This document shows, piece after piece, positions 11,815 to 25,826 of a stretch of DNA of 64,000 nucleotides. The position numbers and the translations under genes were made by a program. The notes under the pieces were generated by a model, which did not search any database, was not told the origin of the DNA, and was given only the letters and a program-made list of their open reading frames with translations. The stretch's first letter is position 1; each line of letters begins with the position of its first letter. The DNA lies in NCBI GenBank assembly GCA_051294375.1, contig CM119264.1, positions 19,971,590-20,035,589 on the forward strand. The letters are read 5' to 3'. Source of the DNA: Paraspadella gotoi. Lineage: Eukaryota > Animalia > Chaetognatha.

Positions 11815-14800
11815 GTTAGTAATAAAAACTTCAAAACATTAAAATTTTCTAAATTTATCAGTGGAAATTATTTTATAATTTTTTAAATAAAAATGCTGAT
11901 AATAATTTCATGATGGTCAGATAATAGTTCTTGAAAACTGTAATAGTACATCTTTTTCTGCTGATTGTTATTTTTTTCACCGGTCAAGGCCAAGGGCTGT
12001 CTCCTTTTATACTTCATGGATTATATTCATTTAACTTTAAAGAACTTTTTTAGTATCAGGGCAAATTTTGGGCCTTGGTTGTGGACATTTGTGGCTAAGT
12101 CTTCTTGCTTATAATTTTTAAATTTAGTTGATTCAGTATTTCTAATTTTATGTTTGTTAGTTTTTCTGTGAGTTGGCTCTTAGGATATTTTTATTAGTCT
12201 TTCTATATTTTTAACTTTTGCTTTTTTGCGTTTTTGAATATCTCTATAATATGAGGAATATACTAAACTAATGTATAATTAAATTAAATACATTTGTTCC
12301 TTCCTAATTAATTTTTTTTCCATTGATAGTAGTAATTCTTCTATTCATGAAATAACTCATATAAAACATGTGTATTCTTATTTTCAGTACTTCCACTAAA
12401 AATAATTTCTCATTTACAAGATCTTCAAGTATATGTTATGGATACTGCAGTATTTGAATGTATTTTCAATAAGCAAAATATTAACCCTGAGTGGAAATTT
12501 GGTGATGAAAGATTATTACCAAATGATCGGATTAAAATTAGAAATAGGTTTTCTCGGCAACAACTAATTATAAATGAATGTAAAATTACAGATTCTGGGA
12601 ATTACTTATGTGATGTTGAGGGTATACTAACACAAGCGCAACTAACAGTAAAGGGTATGTTATCCAAAAGTTTTAATATTTAATAAAAATTAATTAAGTA
12701 ATAAATATGTGATTTATATTATGTACTTATGTATATTAAAAATCTATAATTATTTGCAGTTTAACCTAGTTTTTTATCATTATTTAAATAATTATTCTTC
12801 AAATATTTTAATTTTAACTTAATTTAATTTAATTTAAACTTAATTTTTCTAATTTTTCAGGAGATATCTTAAATCTTTTAATTTAAAAAAAAATTATTTT
12901 TTAATTTCAAAAATAGAATTATAAATTTGATAATACTAATCATAATACTTTATTTTATATCTAGTATTTTTACATTTGCATTATAATAAGTATTTTTCCT
13001 CAAGCTTTATTAATAATAATTGGGTATTTATAAATTAGTCTTCTCTTGGCTATGCCTTAAAAAGAAACATTTTATTTTTTAGAATTACCATTAGAATTTA
13101 TACGATATTTACGAGATATCAGCATTATTGAAAGCGAAAGTGCGACTTTTACATGTGAGCTTTCAAGAAAAATGTCTGATGTTAGATGGTTAAAAAATGA
13201 TGAAGATTTAATGATAGATGGGGTAAAGATAATATCCGAGATTGATGGTAAAAAAATTAAATTAAGTTTGACTCATGCTCAGAAATCAGATGAAGCTAAA
13301 TATACATGCTTAGCTGAAGACAAAGAAACCTCTGCTTACTTGATAGTTGAAGGTAAACATTTCATATTATTTTGGTAAACTAGAAAATTAACCCAAAAAT
13401 TGAGCTCAATTTCTACAAAAATAAATTTCTAATATTTTTCTAGAAGCACCATTGAATTTTACAAAGGAGTTAACTGATGTTATTGTCTTGGAAAATGAAA
13501 CAGCTAAATTTGAATGTGAAACAAATAAATCAGAATCAATAGCATGGTTTTTTGACAAGAATCCTATAACAAATGATGAGAAACATGTAATTAAAGATAT
13601 TGATATGCTTCATGAATTGTATATTAAATGCTGTGGATTCAATGATGAAGGAAGATATCGAGCGGTTATAGATGTTAAGCAAACCTCTGCTGCTCTGATA
13701 GTTCAAGGTTTGTTTTTCAAACATAAAATTTTAATGATAAAAATAAAATTTTAATTCTTTTCAGAGATGCCCTTAAAATTTTTGGAGCCATTAAATAATA
13801 TACATGCCAAGGAAACAGAGGATATTAGTTTTGAGTGTATTCTGAATAAAAATAGTCAAAATCCTAAATGGTCTAAGGATGGGATTCATATTCTTTCTTC
13901 AGAACGTCACGAAATAGTTGTAGATGATAACAGATGTTGTTTAAAAATAAACAATGTTTGTCTTGAGGATGAAGGAAATTATCGCTGTGTGGTTAGAAAT
14001 ATAAAATCAGAAGGAATACTTTATGTTGAAGGTATTTTGTTTTATTTTTACCCATTGTTACCAATTTATATAACTTAATTAATTTACATTAAATTTTTCT
14101 TGTCAGCTGAAATAACTGTTAGGAAAGACATTTTAAAGAGAATATAAATTCCACTTCTTTCTCTTGCAATTTAAATTTATATACTACCGAACTTTAATTT
14201 TTCAATTTTTTTTAATATAAAGCTTCAAAAAATAGATATAACATTAAAAATAAACTGTTATGAATAAAATAAAATGAATAAAAGGATAAAATAAAATTGT
14301 AAAAATATTTATTTTGCGAAAAAGATGATCTCAAGATTTCAGAGACCAACCGCTATAAAGTTTGGAAAGGCCAGGTTTCTACTAAAGAGAGCAAATTAAA
14401 GATGGACTTTTTTTGGTTGGTCCAAGAAAATTTTTAAGTTGGTTATTTAGAGAAAGACANNNNNNNNNNTCCATCGTTTTTGAAATTTTTTTTTTTTCTT
14501 CGCGGAGCGAATGGACTATTTACTATATTCTTTAACGTGGCTTTTCGAGCGGAGGCGAGGGTGGCGTCGTAATCGAAGCTAGCCACCACGTAAACGATTA
14601 CCAAAGTATCTCAAAGATTTCAAATACTATGTTTATTTAATTCTTAAACAGCTTAATTAAACGAAGCAAAAGTAAAGGATTTTAATTAGAGAAAGACAAA
14701 GTTTATTTGTTTATGTACAACGATTTATTTTTACATAGGACATGTTTCGGCTTTAAGTATAAGCCTTCATCAGCGTTTGATTAATCAGACAAATTTTTCT

Positions 14801-15621
14801 CTTAACATTGATTCAGAGAGAGAGAGAGAGATTGAGAGAGAGAGACAAAGAGAGAGAGAAAAGAGAGAGAGAGATAAAGCTTCCAACAAAGGTTGAGATA
14901 AGGACAGTGGTCAGATTGAGGACAGGTGAAGGTAAGGAGAGAGAAGAAAAGGAAAGTGGTTGAATTGTGAATGGTAAAAATTTGAAGAGACAGAGAGAGA
15001 GAAAATATTTACATTTTTGTAATGTACAACAAAGAATATAAGAATAATATAATATAATAATAATAATAATATAATAAAAATAATAATATAATAATAATAA
15101 TAATAATACAAGAATATAACTGAGAATATTTTTAACTAGTTTATTAATTAAGATTGAAATAAAGAGAAAGAGAAAAGAAGAATGTGTGGTTAGGGATAGC
15201 TAAGTTGTAGAATTAGAGAAATAAAGATAAAGAAAAAGCTCAAAATGAGCTGGCCCCCCCTGGCCTGGCAAAAGCAGGACGTTGATGATGTGATCGGGTC
15301 ATTGACTTGTCATGGGCTGAGAGGGTATTGTCATGGATCGAGATTTTCCAGGATCTGGTAACAAGCCGCCTGGAAAAATGTCCAATACCACTCTGATATC
15401 CCTCTGGCCTGATAAGCCATTGTTGTACATTACAAAAATGTAAATATTTTCTCTCTCTCTGTCTCTTCAAATTTTCACCATTTACATTTCAACCACTTTC
15501 CTCTTCTTCTCTCTCCTTACCTTCACCTGGCCTCCATCTGACCACTGTCCTTATCTCAACCTTTGTCGGAAGCTTTATCTCTCTCTCTCTTTTTCTCTCT
15601 TTCTCTGTCTCTCTCTCTCAA

Positions 15622-15652
<31 letters not shown>

Positions 15653-17706
15653 CAATGTTAAGAGAAAAATTTGTCTGATTAATCAAACGCTGATAAAGGC
15701 TTATACATAAAGCAGAAACATGTCCTATGTAAAATAAATAATCGTTGTACACAAACAAATAAACTTTGTCTTTCTCTAAATTTACAAAAACAACGAAAAG
15801 AAAGGAAATTAACATAAAGTTGGTTATTTTAAATTAGAAAATATGATTTTTCTTAAAATGACATTCTGTTAATTATTTAAATTAATTGTCTTTGAAAATA
15901 TCATTTTTTGAAAATTTTATACTAAACATTTTTCATTTGCATTTAATTTTAAATTTAAAACTTATTTAGTAATAACTTTATTTTTTTTACAAAATAGTTC
16001 AACATAAGTACCATAATTATTTACAAAATTTCTTACAAATATTCTTTCCAGAAATTCCGTTAGGTGTTATACTGCATTTGAAAAATAAAGAAATCACTGA
16101 AAAAGAAAGTACTAATTTTGAATGTGAATTTTCAAAACCAAATATTAAGGTTAAATGGATAAAAGATGGAAAAGAATTGCCAAAACATAGTAGATTTCTA
16201 AAATCCATTAATAATCAAAAACATACTCTTACCATCAATAATGCTGAGCTTGGAGATGCTGGTCAATATCAATGCGCAGCAGATGGAATTTCAACAGTCG
16301 CAGTTCTCAGAGTCAAAGGTTTAAAATTCAGTCCAGAATCTAATTCTTTATAAGTTTATATAATATATTTGTTACATAAATATTAAAAATACTTTTTAAT
16401 TAAAAGTTATTTTTAAAATAAATACATAAATCTTAATTGAGAAAGAAAAGTTAATGTTTTTTTAAATAAATACAGAATTACCTGCTGTTTTTCGAAAGTC
16501 ACTAAAAGATATAACCTGTATGGAAAATGAAACTGCAGTGTTTACGTGTGAAGTCTCGCACACAAACGATCAAATCAAATGGCTTAAACATGGTTTTGAA
16601 ATAAGTACCGTATCAAACAAAAGATTTCTACCAATCATTGAAGGTTATACTTTAAAGCTTATTATAAAAGATACGAAATTAGATGATCACGGTGAATTTA
16701 CTTGTGTAATTGGTGAAAGAAAAACATCTGCAATTCTTTTTGTTGAAGGTGAGCCTTAAAAAGTTAGAATTTTGTACATGGTGTTGAATCAGATGTTTAG
16801 TTTTTTTTTTTAATTATATTTAAAATGCTGTGTTACTTTTTTATTCTTAAAAAATAGAACTACCCTTAGAATTTTTGAGTCCATTGCGAGACCAAAGAGT
16901 AAAAGAAAAAGAGAATGCAAAATTTGTTTGTATAGCTTCAAAGTCCAATTTACGGGGTAAATGGAAGAAAGATGGTGAAGAACTAGTGATATCAGATAAA
17001 TTTTTAATTCAAAATAAAGATGATATTTACTCAATGATAATTAACGATGTTACATTAGAAGATGAAGGAATATATTCTTGTTATCTATTAAATAAAAAGA
17101 CTTCTGCAAATCTTCGTGTAAAAGGTAATAAATTTGATAACCAAATCCTTAATTAAAATATTAATTCGAAAAAATATGAACATGAATTAGAAATATTTTT
17201 TTTTAATAGAGAATTGCTCTGATTTTTTTTTAAACAGAATTACCATGTGATGTAATACAACCTTTGAACAATCAAGAAGTGTTGGAAAATGAAAAGGCAC
17301 TCTTTCAATGTGCTTTTAATAAAAATAACTTAAGATCAAAGTGGAGACGAAACAACAGAGAAATTAGCAACTCAGAAAAATATGTTATGCGGATTGATGG
17401 AGAAAAACATTTCCTGGAAATTTTAAATACAGAGAAAAAAGATGAAGCTGAGTATGCATGCGAAGCAGATGGGGTTATTACCAAAGCAAAGCTATTTGTA
17501 AAAGGTAAAAAGTAAAATAAGGATTATTATCATGTTTGTATTTACAGTTGTAATCCAAAAATTTGACAACTCAGCCAGACCTTAAAGGCTGCTGAAATTT
17601 GTTTCACATCTAATAACTATATAACATTAAGGAAAACCAAAGTAGCAAGCTGCACAAAGGGTTGATCATGAGAGAAAAAAAATAAAATTGCAAATAAATA
17701 AATAAA

Positions 17707-17740
<34 letters not shown>

Positions 17741-20700
17741 TGATAAAGAAATTTTCGAGCTACATAAATTGTTGGAAGCAAATAACTCAAGGGCATATGT
17801 AATTTTGAGCAAGTGGTGTATAATAAGGCGTAGTGAAAGTTACATACAAAAATTCTAAAAGTCAATTATGAACAACATACCATCAGTGAACATTAATTTA
17901 TAAAAAAAAATTATTTTGTTTTTTAATTTTCACAGTAGGCTATATTTATATATATAAAATCGAAAAATTTCAAAATAGGCTTTTCTTAATTTTGATTGCA
18001 GATTTGAATTCCTCGTCAAAAGTTGATAAAAGAAAATATAAATCATTTTTATAAATTCTTTCATTAAGTGGGTTAAAAATTAAAAAAACTATATTTAATA
18101 TATAAAAAATTAATTTTCAGCTTAAAATATAGCTTTTTCTAATTTTTGACCCACTTAATGAAGGAATTTTTCAAAAAGAGTTATATTTCTTTTTATCAAC
18201 TTTTTATGACGAATCCAAATCTGCAAAAAAATCTTAGAAAAAACTGTTTTGAAATTTTAACATTTATTGGTTTAGTACTAGTATAAATATGGCCTACTGC
18301 GTAAATTGTAAAATTTATTATAAATTTATAAATTACATAAATGTTCATTAGTATAATGTTGTTCGTTCCTCACTTTTAGAATTTTAATTAAAGTTAAATT
18401 TAGAAATTTTACTACGCCTTAGTGTATAATGAATAACTTTTTTTAAAGGATAATTGAAATTAAAATTATCGCGTTAAATCATTGAGACTTATATAAGGTT
18501 AATATTGTTTTTTACCACAGAGCTGCCAATAAATGTTTTGACCGAGCTACAAGATCTAACTCTGATGGAAGGAGCTACCGGAATGTTTGAATGTGAATTT
18601 TCAAAGCCAGACCTTAATGTCGTGTGGCTTAGAAATAATCAAAATATTCCAAAGTCATATAAGTTTTTATCACGAAATGATGGAAAAACATATCGTCTGC
18701 AAATAAAAGATGTAGTTGCTGAAGATGCGGGAAATATAACTTGTAGTATTGGAGATGTAACGACTACGGCTCAACTAATAGTCAAAGGTAAAATAGGTTA
18801 TTTTGTTTTCATTTCTGTTTCTATTATGTAATACCTTCCTTTTTGAAACTGAAAAATCGCCTTTCTAAAATGATTTTACTTAGTTGCTGTGTTTGTCATA
18901 TTATACTATTTTTTTAAAAATTGGCCAATCCTTTTTAAAGTATTTTTAAGTTTAACGAAAAAACGAAAGTTTTTATTGACTTTGACAACGATTAATGATA
19001 AATAAATCGTTGAAAAAGTCAATAAGACCAAAGCGACCTTTTTATCCAGAACGCTCCATTTTATCTTAAATTCGGAATTAGCTTGATTCTCTTAATTAGA
19101 GGTTAGGGTTAGGGATTAGGCTAAGATTTAGGTGAATGATTAAGATTAGGGACTTGGTTTGTAATTAGGGTTAGGGATTTAGGTTAGGGACTAGTATTTA
19201 GGGTTATAGGTCAGGGTTAGAAAATAGGGATAAGCGTTTTGGGTTAGAATTCAGGAGTAGGCGATTCGAAAGGGCTTAGGGATTATAATTAAAATTAAAT
19301 CTGGGAAGAACAAACATAAAGGGGCACGCGGAAAAGAGAGCCATACAATTTTTTCATCTACCTTATTTAAATATCGTTTTATACCCAAAGACCATGCGTA
19401 TTTTTAAAAGTTTGAAAAATTTGACGTAAATATTTTTCCCACAGCATTTTTCACGCTGAAAATTACTGTAATTTTAGGAATTTATAGTTTTGGCTGTTAT
19501 GTTTAGAACCACCTATCGCTGTTATCAAGAAAATGCGAGATGTGAGAGTTGTTGAAAAAGAGACGGCCACCTTTAGTTGCTCCGTAACCAGATCCAATGG
19601 AAATATTCAATGGCTTAAAGATGGAAAAGTTTTTTTCTGTGATGATGAAAAATATAGTCAAAATATTAAAAATCAAGTTATTAATTTAATGATACGCGAT
19701 ACAAATATGGAAGATGAGGCAGATTATACATTAATCTGTGATGATGCTAACAGTACAGCCCATTTATATGTTGAAGGTGAGTATTCAGATATTCATAGTT
19801 TATATTAAACCGATTTAAGATATATGTTTTTTGATAAAATTTGTTCAAGTGATCGTTTTGGCAAGAATTGTAGTTTAAATTTTATTTATTTTTGGTTTTA
19901 ATTTAAGAAAAATGACCCATTTATTTTTTGTTTTTGTTAAAGAAAATACGATGTTTCACGACTTAAAGATTAAGGCATAATAAAAGTTACAGATCAAAAT
20001 TCGTAAAGTTGATCCTAAATAGTACTTTTGACTTTTGTACAAATCAAATAGGTTCTACATATAAACAGAAATAAAAATATGCAAGTTATAAGTTATTCAT
20101 TGTTTGGTACTATCCCATATTATGAATATGTTTTTGATGAATTGTTCTTCTTACATCATTTTGCGCTATTTGTCAAGAGCGCCCTATTCCTGTTCCTAAT
20201 CGCAAATATTTAACCCTAAATAATAAAATCGTAATATTTTTTTTCAGAATTACCTACAGAATTGATAAATTCTTTAAAGGATTTAGAGGTATTTGAAAAA
20301 GACAATGCGACATTTGAATGTGAAGTAGATAAAATTGGGCTTGATTCTAAATGGATGAAAGATGGAACAGTCATATCACCTAATAAAAAGTATAGCCAAG
20401 AGGTATTAGAAAAAAAGCATAGACTAAAAATCAATGATTGTGAATTGGATGACGAAGGTTATTACACATGTGTTTTAGGAGAGAGAAAAACTTCTGCATC
20501 ATTACATGTTAAAGGTAAAAATCAGAGATTATATGAACCAAAAATTTGGCTAATTTGATTATTTTATTTAAATATTTTAATTTTAAAACTAAACATTATC
20601 ATAGTTATTTTTATAATAGTACTTCTAAACTTAAGCGCAAAGCATTATTTTCAGAGAATCCCATAGAATTTATTACCCCCTTAGCTGATCAATTTGTAGT

Positions 20701-23700
20701 TGAAGGGCAATGCGCAAGATTTAATTGTGTAACTTCACTGCCAGCTGTAGCACGTTGGAAGAAAAATGAAACAATTATAATACCAAACAACCGCTTCATT
20801 TTTAGTTCTCAAGAAACTATTCATTCATTATCAATTAAAGATACTAAACTAGAGGATGAGTCTAATTACTCTTGTGAAATTAAAGACAAAAAAAGTTATG
20901 CAAACTTAAAAATAAAAGAAATTTCTCTTGAAATAACTGAAACTCTCCAAGATCAATATGTTAAAGAACTACAAACCGCCATATTTACTTGCAATATATC
21001 TAAGCTTTCTGAAAATTACCAATGGTTTAAAGAAGATAGAGAAATAAAAAAATATGATGCTCGCTATAAAATGTCCATTCAAGGGAGAAAATTAATATTA
21101 AAAATAATTGATGCTGAACTCAATGATGCGACTGAATATAAGTGCCAAATTGGTGATAAGTTTTCTAAAGCTAAACTACATGTCGAAGGTTTGTTTCCGA
21201 TAAGTTGCTGGAAATTACTGTATTATTTAGCGGCAGCCCAAAAAGCCGGTTACTAACTCTCTCTCTTTTCTCTCTTTTGTACACCATTTGTCTCTCTGTC
21301 TCTTGATATATACAACGTATTCTCTCAAAAGTCTTAACATTTTATTTTATTTGTTAATATAATTTTTATGGTGCCTCTACAAACTGGCGTTTGTGAAGAC
21401 ACCAAACTGAAAAATTATAATAAACTAAAAAAAAGAAGAAAAAAAAACAAAACATAATGTCACACCCTCTTTTGCGTGATTGTCATTTACTGAACTAAAC
21501 AGTTTTACAAATAATCTTTAGAAAAAGGATGAAAATTGGAAAAGTGAGCAGCTTATGAGTGTATAACAGAAACAATTTTTTATTCAAATATTTCGACTTT
21601 TTTGCAAAGTCATCATCAGTCATTAGCAAATAGGTCGAAATATTTGGGAAAAAATGTTACACTTTGATTTTTTCAATTATGAACATATTCTCATATATTT
21701 TATCAATTCTGGTGCTTTCAATGACTTTAATAAAATAAAGTCTGTGAAGTTTCAAATGCGCTTTGTAACTTTAGCCCTGCCGACTTGAAAATAAAGAAAA
21801 ATAGCAAGAACAAAATATCGTTAAGATTTTTTTTCAAAGGTATCTTAGCCAACTTTTGATTTTTTTCTTTTTTAACCTAGATTTAATTTTATTAATTAAA
21901 AATATTTTTTTATTTTTAATAGAAATTCCCCCACAAATCATTCGCGAATTACATGATGTTAGAGTAAATGAGCATGAAACAGCCACTTTTAGATGTGAGA
22001 TCAGTAAAATCCCAAAAGATCCACAAATAGTTTGGCATTTGAATGGACGAGCTATTTCGAATGAGACCGACAAAAGGTGTATCTCCTCCATAGAAGGGAA
22101 GAGATTGATAATGAATCTTAAAGACGTTAAAGTGGAGGATGGAGGAAAAGTTATGGTTATGATTGGAAAGATTTCGACTGAAGCAAAACTTACAGTAGAA
22201 GGTAAGTTTACTCCAGTTTATTGTATCAACATTTCAATAGCTTTATATGACAATATATATATTTTTTAATTTTTGGCAAGTCTATTTGTTATCTGATTTT
22301 ATACGTTTATCTTTTTTTTTGCAATTAAAATGAATCATAGTATATAATCAATTAATTTGGGCACATTCAATGAGTATGGTTATTTATTTTTCTGCAGTGA
22401 CAAAAAATTTCCTTAATTAAACTACTACTAGTTTTTTAATTGTTTCTATGTATAATTGTTAATTTTTAGTCATGTATTACTATTAATCATGAATTTTTTT
22501 TTTTCAAAATTAGAATTTTTAAAAACGGATTCAGGTAGAGATTAAAAAAATTAATAAAAAATATTACTACAAGATTTCCAAATTTTTATGTTTTATTGAG
22601 TAAAATAAGCAAAAACTATAAAAATTATGCTACAATGATCATCGAAATATTGAAAAACGCATTTTACTTTGTTTAGTCAACTTTTATGGGCTATCTAAAT
22701 CCGTTCTTAAAAAATAGAATTTAAAAAAAAAAATTTCATTGCCTATGGCTATGCATTGATAAATGTTTAAATGCTTTAATGAAATTGGTACAACCAATAT
22801 AAAAATTATCCATTCATTTAATGTTATACTGTGCTTCACTAGTTAAAAAAGTGATAATAAATATTGATTAAGTATATGATGGACAAACGAATTTTATATT
22901 ACAGAACTCTTAATGATAAAAAGTGATAAATTTTAGCCCACCTCAATGCATACAATAGACTCGATTCTCGGACTCACTTTGTTGATCTGGAGGAGTACTT
23001 CCAATATATAATTAATAAGTAAACCTTAGAATATCTCAGGACATCGAATTATAAATAAATATATATATGTCTGCCAATTCTCCTTAACTTTAATTATATA
23101 CCTAAGATTGGATGGATTAATGTAGTTAAAATTTTATATTTAGATTGGTAACTTTAGGAGAAAAAACAATTTATTTGTTTTAAAACAATTCGTTGATAAA
23201 AACAAATAAATTGTTTTTTCTCCTAAATTTCAAAACGCAACGAAATCGATAGTTTATACACAAAGATTGGTAACTTAAATATATTTTAGATTAAATTAGA
23301 GTGAAAATATGTTGAAATAAAAAAAAATTTTTTATATATTTATTTTTTTCTATTTCCATCTTCCTCACTTTCTGATAGAAAAGATAGAAAGAAAGAAAAA
23401 TACATTATTTTTTCACAAAACTGGTTTTTATTAATCTCGAAATTTTCATATTCTAAATGACCCACAAACTAACAAAGGGAAATTAAAAATTTGTTTATAG
23501 CTTTAGCATCAACTTATGAAAACCTGCTACGAAAACGCTATATGTTAGAAAACAGAACTTAATATGAATAATTTGAAAATTTAATAGAATAATTTTTATT
23601 TTAAAATTTTTTAAAAATAATTCTTATTTCTTAATTTTTAATGGATTTTTAACTTTTTTTAATGTTAGCAAAAAAATTTAGTTTTTTCACAGTTGGTCGA

Positions 23701-25788
23701 TTGGACGAAAAACAAAATAAAAGTTACAACTGTAAAAAGCGCTGATGAAGGCTCGAATTTATGAGCCGAAACATGTCTGCCAAGATACAAAATAAAATCG
23801 TTGTACAAATTAAATTAAAACTTTGTTAATTTTAAATTCCAATTAGATATTTTTTAATGATTAAATTTTATACCCCATCATGTTTTTAAACAGAGGAGCC
23901 CCTAAAAGTTGTTATCCCACTTGAAAATCAAACTATACTCGAAAATGATACTGCCACATTTGTATGTAGCTTTTCAAAGTCCTATGGTTCAGCAGCTTGG
24001 TCATGTAATGACAAAACCATTTTCCCAACGGACAAATACATAATTGAATCAGAAAATGGTAAACAAAAGCTTATTATTTTGAAAGGTTTGAAACAAGATG
24101 AAGGCATGTATCAATGCAAATTAAATGAAAGAAGAACGAGTGCCCAATTATTTGTAAAAGGTAAATTAAGAAAACTAATACTGAAAAGAAATTTACAAGT
24201 ATATAAAATATATAGAATTCTATTGCCGGCATATCTTAATTCCTTTTTTTTATTTTATCAGAAAGACCAATTGAAATCCTAACACCATTAAAAGATATTA
24301 TTGTGAATGAAGGAGAAAGGGCGTCATTCACATGCTGTGCTTCAAGAGTTAATACAGTAATAAAATGGTTTTTTGAAAGAGATAATATATATTCTGGTAT
24401 AAAATATGATATGTCCACTGATGAAAACAATGTTTTGCTAAATATCTACAACACAGAAAAAGAAGATGAGGGGGAATACACGGTTACTTTGGGCAATGGT
24501 ACGACCTCTGCTAGATTATTTGTAAAAGAAGCAGAAACAGAAATATTGAATGGTCCGGATTCCCTTACTGTCAATGAAGATACAACTTCTAAATTTGAAG
24601 TAAAATTAAATAAACCAGGAAAAATGCCTATGTGGCTTTTAAATGGTAAAGCATTAATAAAAAAATCTGGAAAAATAGATATTTGGAGTGAAGATACTTC
24701 CTATTTCCTCACTATCAAAAAATGTAAACCCGGCATTGATGATGGTGATATTACCTTTAGTATTGAAAATGCCTCGGCTTGCGCCTCTCTTAAAATAATA
24801 GAAAATGATCCCAAGTTCATTTCTGAATTAAAGGATGTGACGGTCTTCGAAGGGGAAACAGCCTTGTTAAAATGCCAAAGTGACAAACAAGCAAAAAGTA
24901 TTTGGAAAAAAGATTTTGTAGATTTGGACGGTGACAATCGAATAGAACATAAAGGTGGAAGTGATAAACATTTGCTAAGTATACAAAATGTTAAATTTAG
25001 TGATGAAGGAATATACATGTGCTATATTGGAAAAAATTATGTTTCTGCACACTTGAATGTATTAGGTAAATTAAAATCTTTTAATTCGGGTTAAACAGCG
25101 ACTATGTGATATAATATACTCATAAAAGAGCATATAATGATATGGCGTTCCCACGACTATATCAGACTACATACTTTCGGAGCTCCCTCAACGCAAGCTC
25201 AAAAACAATTATTATTATAGTTTTGAAATAATTTTTAAGATGAATTGTTATATTCGTTTTTATATATCATTAATTTTATTATTAAAAATATTTCGCAATG
25301 ATACATTACTATAAGCAAAAACAATTTTGCTAGATATTTCATCATATATTTTTAGATATTATCACCGATACTAAGACAGCAACTTTGTAAAAACTGAAAA
25401 TAGTTAAAAACTTGAAGCAGCAACAGAAACCTAGTCAAAAGTAAATTTTAATTTATTTTTCCATTGTTTTTTTTTTAAATCCAATTTTGTCTTTTTTAAA
25501 ATGGAATAACCTTGGTATTTCACTCTCTGCTTGAGAGACTCTTCATTTTAGTATCATTAATTTTATATATATATTATATATTTTATAAGGTAATTTTAGT
25601 TTTACTTTTTAGCATCGCCTAATCCTTTAAAACTATACAATTTCAGTTTAAATGGTTAGGAAAAACAGTTTTTAAGGTCAACAACGATTTATTATTGGAT
25701 ATAAGTCGGACAAGTTTCAACTCTTTATTAAGAGTCTTCTTCAGCGATTTTTAATAATCAACAATTTTCTCTCTTTAACATTAGCTTT

Positions 25789-25826
<38 letters not shown>

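Noticed and set aside
14460-14685. Separate element inside the Penelope left arm
   Set aside because: Follows a 10-N gap and the arm start ttagagaaagaca is repeated on both sides, so it may be a scaffolding artefact.
19095-19285. True telomere or chromosome-fusion scar
   Set aside because: Short, degenerate, intronic and bounded by flanks shared with another dispersed copy.
11557-25065. Dscam-like mutually exclusive hypervariable receptor exons
   Set aside because: Exons are whole, divergent I-set domains of muscle-protein type that join in frame serially; no half-domain alternative clusters, signal peptide or TM segment seen.
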